Shown here in pieces: positions 59,382-64,000 of a stretch of 64,000 bases of DNA. The number at the start of each line of letters is the position of its first letter. Within the stretch, counting starts at the first letter, position 1. A program made the position numbers and the translations under genes. The stretch comes from Paludibacteraceae bacterium (GTDB lineage Bacteria > Bacteroidota > Bacteroidia > Bacteroidales > Paludibacteraceae). Below the pieces are notes generated by a model, which searched no databases, was not told the DNA's origin, and worked only from the letters and a program-made list of their open reading frames with translations. The DNA is taken from NCBI GenBank assembly GCA_045617845.1, contig JAZLJL010000084.1:1922-65921 (forward strand). Direction: 5' to 3'.

Positions 59382-59664
59382 CTCTATGAATTCATATCAT
59401 TTCCTTGCATACATAAGAGCAGCAAAGAAATTAGCGTAAAGATTTTCTTCATACACTTAGAATATTAGAATTATACATCAAAATCACATAATTAAACACT
59501 TTATTTGCGTCATTCCACAAAATTAAACAAATTTTAAATTTCCACACAAACGCCAATCTAAAGACAACGTTTTAGACAAACAAGTGATTGCCCCCCAAAT
59601 TGAGAAAACATTTTTTGTCATAATATATGAAGAGCAGGCCATAAACTCGTCCAACAACAATACG

Positions 59665-59750
59665 AAAATCTTCAACACATTGAAGAAATTTACGTAAAAT
59701 TCTTCAGTTCGTTGAAGATTTTTACGTTTCAGCCAAATATTCCAAATAAT
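59665..59750. repeat. Direct repeat copy A (~86 bp) spanning the 3' end of the ATPase gene; contains two TCTTCA-N5-6-TGAAGA palindromes
   Basis: aaaatcttcaacacattgaagaaatttacgtaaaattcttcagttcgttgaagatttttacgtttcagccaaatattcc... aligns with 60895-60985. Confidence 0.8.
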
Positions 59751-60864
59751 TTTCCCTTGACAAAACAGTATATGACGCATTGGGATAGGCTGTCGAGAAG
59801 GCTATCGGACATTTAGGTCTCTTATCACCCCATTTGATTTCAAAAGCCTCTATCGAAGAGTCGTCCGAACACTCTATCAAGTCAATCTCCTGTTTATCAT
59901 ACGTTTTCCAAAAATAAAATTCGTGGTGCAATCGTCCATTATGATTACGTTTCATACGTTCGCTTATGAGATAATTCTCCCACATAGCGCCCACGTCCTG
60001 ACGAAGGGAGAGCGGAGAGAAATTGTTTATCACAGCATTTCTAACACCGATATCATAGAAATACCATTTACCAGCCTTCGATATCTCCTTACGAAGATTT
60101 CTCGCATAACCACCCACTCGATAAATAACATAAACCATAGACAAGAGATCCAGATACTTCTCCACCGTATTACGGCTCAAACCTATCTGTTTCCCAACTT
60201 CATCGTAAGAGACCTCGCTTCCGATCTGGAAAGCGATTAGACGAAGAAGATCAACCATTTTACTAGCACTTTTCAAGCCATCCACAGAAAGTATGTCCTT
60301 CAACAAATAAGCATCCACTAAGGAATGCAGATAATCAGCCCTGTCTCTATTCGATTCCGCCAAAACCACGTCCGGATATGCGCCATACAACAAACGGTTC
60401 TCTAGATTTTGACGAGTCTTCAGAAGAGATTCAGTCGCACTGATTTCAGCCTGCGAAAAAGGGGTAAGCAAGAACTGAGAGGCACGTCCGACAAGCGGCT
60501 CTCCTGCTTGATTCTTCAGGTCGAAAGAGGAAGATCCGCTGGCGACCACCCTAATATTTGGCACCTCATCCACAATCAGTTTCAATTTTTTTCCTATCTC
60601 CGAGACATGCTGTGCTTCATCAATGACCAAGAGGTCATATCCTTCCAACAATCTCTTATAATTTGCGATACTACAATTGTCCAACAAAGCGCGAGCATCC
60701 GCATCCTCACCATTTAGGACAAGAGGATGACCACCGACCTTAGAAATCAACTGAGTTATCGCAATAGTCTTTCCTGTACGACGTGCGCCGAACAATAGGA
60801 CTGCCTTATTGGGCTGCAACTTTTGCACCATCTCTGATACTATATGCCTCTCCAAATATTCCAT
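59722..60864 (-). CDS. AAA+ ATPase with DUF4143-type C-terminal domain
   Basis: The ATG at 60864 (MEYLERHIV..; the listed start is a TTG). Walker A LLFGARRTGKT, Walker B LLVIDEAQ, and a C-terminal EIDLIE-type block. Confidence 0.8.
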   Translation of the reverse strand: MEYLERHIVSEMVQKLQPNKAVLLFGARRTGKTIAITQLISKVGGHPLVLNGEDADARALLDNCSIANYKRLLEGYDLLVIDEAQHVSEIGKKLKLIVDEVPNIRVVASGSSSFDLKNQAGEPLVGRASQFLLTPFSQAEISATESLLKTRQNLENRLLYGAYPDVVLAESNRDRADYLHSLVDAYLLKDILSVDGLKSASKMVDLLRLIAFQIGSEVSYDEVGKQIGLSRNTVEKYLDLLSMVYVIYRVGGYARNLRKEISKAGKWYFYDIGVRNAVINNFSPLSLRQDVGAMWENYLISERMKRNHNGRLHHEFYFWKTYDKQEIDLIECSDDSSIEAFEIKWGDKRPKCPIAFSTAYPNASYTVLSRENYLEYLAET

Positions 60865-60894
60865 ATCTAACCTGTTATTATGGCAAAAATAGCT

Positions 60895-60985
60895 AAAATC
60901 TTCAACCAATTGAAAAAATTTATATAAATTTCTTCAGTGCGTTGAAGATTTTTACGTCACAAACCAGATATTCAAAAATATTTAG
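60895..60985. repeat. Direct repeat copy B (~90 bp) immediately upstream of the ATPase gene; includes a decayed remnant of the same gene's last codons
   Basis: aaaatcttcaaccaattgaaaaaatttatataaatttcttcagtgcgttgaagatttttacgtcacaaaccagatattc... The identical 17-mer gttgaagatttttacgt occurs at 59711-59727 and 60941-60957, 1230 bp apart (an indel in the AT-rich spacer makes the left ends 59665 and 60895 also 1230 bp apart, with copy B one nt longer before the second palindrome). Confidence 0.8.
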
Positions 60986-61003
60986 AATCAAAATATCTTC
61001 GCA

Positions 61004-61150
61004 TCATTCGCTTTCTATCTCTCCGTGTAAAACCAAATACATTCTTAAAGTAGGATTACCAATATCAAATTCCGCTTTTTCAAAGCCAACTTTAATGTAG
61101 AAATTAAGTGCGTCTAGTATTATTCCCCGATAATAAAATATGACGAAACA
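61004..61150 (-). pseudogene. Possible GNAT acetyltransferase C-terminal fragment
   Basis: Only the last ~45 aa of ORF 61004..61336 look GNAT-like (GIILDALNFYIKVGFEKAEF). No motif-A region, and the upstream part overlaps an opposite-strand lipoprotein start. Confidence 0.3.
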
Positions 61151-61262
61151 CGGAAATTTTTTGCATATATCAAATATTATTCCTATTTTCAACGATAATA
61201 AGTTGTTAATGTGAACACTACCGAATATTGAAACTAAACTATATAACCAAATTAGAAGGCTT

Positions 61263-61569
61263 ATGAAGAAACTGTTTATCCTATTAGCGGGACTTTCCGT
61301 GGCCCTATTCAATTGCAAAGATGACGATTCGAACAATAACTGTACTTCCGAACACCGAAAAGATGAGACAAACCATCGAAAATAGCAAAGAGGAAGAGGA
61401 AAGATGCTGGAAAATGACAGTAAGTATCATGGGGCAAATAAGCATCAACTACGAATTGATGACAGAATCCGAAATTCAAACGATGGTATCAACCATGAAA
61501 AGCCAAGGCGTCGACGTTTCGGTGGAAGAGGCATCCGCTTCCGACGAAGACAGATGCGAAATGGATTAA
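61263..61569 (+). pseudogene. Small lipoprotein gene split between two frames (40-aa lipobox ORF 61263..61385 plus overlapping 82-aa ORF 61321..61569)
   Basis: MKKLFILLAGLSVALFNC lipobox ORF stops at 61383-61385. The +1 frame is open from 61288 to 61569 and encodes an acidic tail. Confidence 0.3.
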
Positions 61570-61591
61570 TACATTATAAACTAATAAATTA

Positions 61592-61622
61592 GGAAGGCGT
61601 ACCCATGAACGGCACGCCTTCC
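61592..61622. terminator. Hairpin between convergent genes (terminator-like)
   Basis: ggaaggcgt/acgccttcc, a perfect 9-bp stem with a 13-nt loop. Confidence 0.45.
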
Positions 61623-61995
61623 TTGTATATAAAAAAAACAGATGGCATCCGAAGACGCCATCCGACCCCAATAAAATCAAAATCATTGACAACAAACAAA
61701 TCATAAGACTACCATTCCCTAAAAGAAACCTGTCCTAAATAGGGAGAAATCTTCTGTCGGTTTTTCCCTAACAATCTTTTCACAATCGTTTAATGTAGAA
61801 CCGAAATATAATCTACTCATTAATTAACAACCATTGCAAATATAGAGGAATAAGGGTTAAGCTCCCCGTTAAAAATAAACCAAAAGAATGGATAAATTTG
61901 TCAAAACATATTAGATATAACAGCAATTTTTTCAATATAAAAAGACAAAAAAAGACCTTTCTATCGGGGGAAAGAGAACCATTTCGGGAAACAAA

Positions 61996-64000
61996 TTAAC
62001 CTTCACGTTTCAAGAACAGATCCGCCAAAAGGACCGCTGATTCTTCCTTATCGTCACTCCCCTTCCAAGCCACAACAAAACGTGTCTTAGCGAACTGGGG
62101 TACATAGCCATTTTTCATAATCTCCTGCACCACACTCTTTGCCTTAGCGGACAACGACGCTACGCTTTGACCATCTTGATTCTTCAAATAGAAATTATCA
62201 TAAATAAGCTTATCTCCACAACGCAACCCCAAGATGAGCCGTTTCTTGTCCTTGAAAAAATCCAAATAGACATCCTTATGGGAGAGTTGTATCACCAATT
62301 CATCGGGTTCATCGTACTTTTTCGTATCCAAACGGTATTCGTCACAAAGGGTACGGAAAGGAGAAAAGAGTTGATTATCACAATGGATGAAAAGACAGTT
62401 CTTCGCCCGGGTGAATCCGACGTACAAACTACGGCGAGTGTCATCCGTCATAGAGCGATAGTTGGACAACATCATATAGACCGTATCAAACTCACGCCCT
62501 TTCGCCTTATGAATCGTAGAGACATACATCATCACACCATTCTCCTGACAAAAATCCTCCACGTTCGACTCGAAGACGAAATCCGTCAAATCGCTTCTAT
62601 ACTTCACCTTCTCGTTAATCGCCTCAAACTCCGAGAAGAAATTACGCAATAGATTCAACATCTCTCCCTCCCCATAGAGTTGAAGAGTCTTCTCTCTGGC
62701 GGATAGCCATAAAGTTTCAGGGATAACAGGCGTTTTAAGATCTTTATCAATTAATTTCAAGAAGTAACGGATTTCAGCCAAATTAGAGAAACGGAAACCG
62801 TCCATCGACTGAATCAGCTTCGCTTTCAGACCATGGCGGTTCAACAGACAAACTATTCGAAGCGCCTCTTCGTTCGTCCGCGTCAGAACACACGCTTTCT
62901 CACCCTTGCAAGTGGATATAATCTGGTCGACCAACGGCTGCTCCATATGAACACCAGCCCCATACTCCGTAATGGAGACGAAACCCTTCTCATGGCGCAT
63001 CGAAACGATAGGCGCCGATTTCATGCGGACAGAAATCTGCTGGACGAAAGCGTTAGCCAAACGTACCACGCCCTCGCTGCTCCGGTAATTCTCAACCATT
63101 TCGTACTTTGATGCGCCGAACTCGTCAATCATCGAACGCATATAGGCAGAGTCAGCCCCTCTGAACTGATATATATTTTGATCATCGTCACCAACTGCGA
63201 CGACACGCATCTCCTCGTTACGGCTCATCAAAGCCCGCACCAAAGAGAACTCGGTCTCATCCATATCCTGCGCCTCATCGATGACAAGCACCGTCTTATT
63301 AATCCTACCCGGCTCCACCTCACCCAATTCAATCATGGAAGCGGCCTTTTGAACCACATCGCCGGCATCCTCCAAATTACCTACTTTCCCGATCAAATCG
63401 AAACAATAGGAGTGGAAGGTCTTGATTTCGACATAATGAGCCGCATTCCCGATCAGCGCCAGCAGACGTTTCTTAAACTCGGTCGCGGCGGCCCTGGAGA
63501 AGGTCAACATCAGCAACTGTTCATGTTTCACATCCTCCAACAACAATAACGAAGCCAACTTATGGACCAAGACCTTCGTCTTACCGCTACCCGGTCCGGC
63601 AGCCACTACAATATATTTGGAACGGCTATCCTGAATGATGTTTTTCTGCAAAACGGACAACTCCCCGAATAGTTGCTCATATTTGGCAGGCGTGATGTTC
63701 TTCTCAATCTCAGTGGCACGCTTTCCGGCGAAATAAGTCGAAATGAATTTTTTGAAATCCATCTGGAAGTAATCCTGAACGAACCGCAAAGCAGCGTTAT
63801 AATCCCTCACCATTAGATTCGCATATTCGCCCACGATGTGGATTTGACGGATTTTCTGTTTGTAGAACTCATCCAACATCCGGTAATCCTCCATCTTATA
63901 TCGATATTTATTATCGACCAAACGCTGTATCTCCATAGCGTTGTACAAAACCATGAAGCCACCTTCAAGTTTCATCGCACCAATTTTAGAGAGATAGAGC
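61996..64000 (-). CDS. UvrD/Rep-family (SF1) helicase with extra C-terminal domain; 5' end outside the window
   Basis: Walker A VVAAGPGSGKT, VLVIDEAQD, VAVGDDDQNIYQFRGA, and TIHKAKGREFDTV...LYVGFTRAK. The frame stays open upstream of the listed ATG to nt 64000. Confidence 0.8.
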   Translation of the reverse strand, partial: LYLSKIGAMKLEGGFMVLYNAMEIQRLVDNKYRYKMEDYRMLDEFYKQKIRQIHIVGEYANLMVRDYNAALRFVQDYFQMDFKKFISTYFAGKRATEIEKNITPAKYEQLFGELSVLQKNIIQDSRSKYIVVAAGPGSGKTKVLVHKLASLLLLEDVKHEQLLMLTFSRAAATEFKKRLLALIGNAAHYVEIKTFHSYCFDLIGKVGNLEDAGDVVQKAASMIELGEVEPGRINKTVLVIDEAQDMDETEFSLVRALMSRNEEMRVVAVGDDDQNIYQFRGADSAYMRSMIDEFGASKYEMVENYRSSEGVVRLANAFVQQISVRMKSAPIVSMRHEKGFVSITEYGAGVHMEQPLVDQIISTCKGEKACVLTRTNEEALRIVCLLNRHGLKAKLIQSMDGFRFSNLAEIRYFLKLIDKDLKTPVIPETLWLSAREKTLQLYGEGEMLNLLRNFFSEFEAINEKVKYRSDLTDFVFESNVEDFCQENGVMMYVSTIHKAKGREFDTVYMMLSNYRSMTDDTRRSLYVGFTRAKNCLFIHCDNQLFSPFRTLCDEYRLDTKKYDEPDELVIQLSHKDVYLDFFKDKKRLILGLRCGDKLIYDNFYLKNQDGQSVASLSAKAKSVVQEIMKNGYVPQFAKTRFVVAWKGSDDKEESAVLLADLFLKREG

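Noticed and set aside
59523-59780. 85-aa minus-strand ORF overlapping the 3' end of the ATPase gene
   Set aside because: It lies mostly in the AT-rich spacer and the direct repeat, overlaps the ATPase stop region, and has no motif or start context.
61004-61336. Full 110-aa ORF as an intact gene
   Set aside because: Only the C-terminal third resembles a GNAT. The N-terminal part is hydrophobic nonsense overlapping an opposite-strand lipoprotein start. It is kept only as a low-confidence fragment.

Overview
This 64-kb chromosomal window looks like a Bacteroidota (Bacteroidales-type) genome. The evidence is TAnnTTTG -7 promoter boxes, three proteins with apparent T9SS C-terminal sorting tails, and typical housekeeping genes: glnS, purD, pyrE, rpoN, proA, tcdA, sufBCD and one tRNA-Phe(GAA). 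I recognised no rRNA, CRISPR array, transposase or integrase.

Most of the window is ordinary core genome. Five regions stand out:
- 1-3.5 kb: the tail of an RHS-type polymorphic toxin with a putative immunity gene, followed by two TonB_C paralogues.
- A family of GAGACGCACGGCCGTGCGTCTC-type palindromes at four loci in the first 30 kb. Two of these loci are amplified into tandem arrays (54-bp unit x6.5; 18-bp half-site x7 plus one full palindrome).
- 25.7-30.3 kb: a same-strand, apparently extracytoplasmic module of an output-less CHASE2 membrane protein, a WG-repeat caspase (C14) with an intact His/Cys dyad, and a DUF4384-like protein.
- 30.3-37.0 kb: an AT-rich patch abutting the 3' end of tRNA-Phe. 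It carries a secreted YD-like repeat protein, a BcgI-like (Type IIB-style) restriction-modification pair, a DUF1016/YhcG nuclease, a duplicated 5' element and a 140-nt structured non-coding leader.
- 58.9-64 kb: an accessory patch where sufS would be expected after sufD. It holds an HNH endonuclease, a DUF4143 AAA ATPase flanked by ~90-bp direct repeats, gene fragments, and a UvrD-type helicase that runs off the window.

All functional calls rest on motifs read by eye from the translations. No database search was possible, so family names are recognitions, not verified hits.
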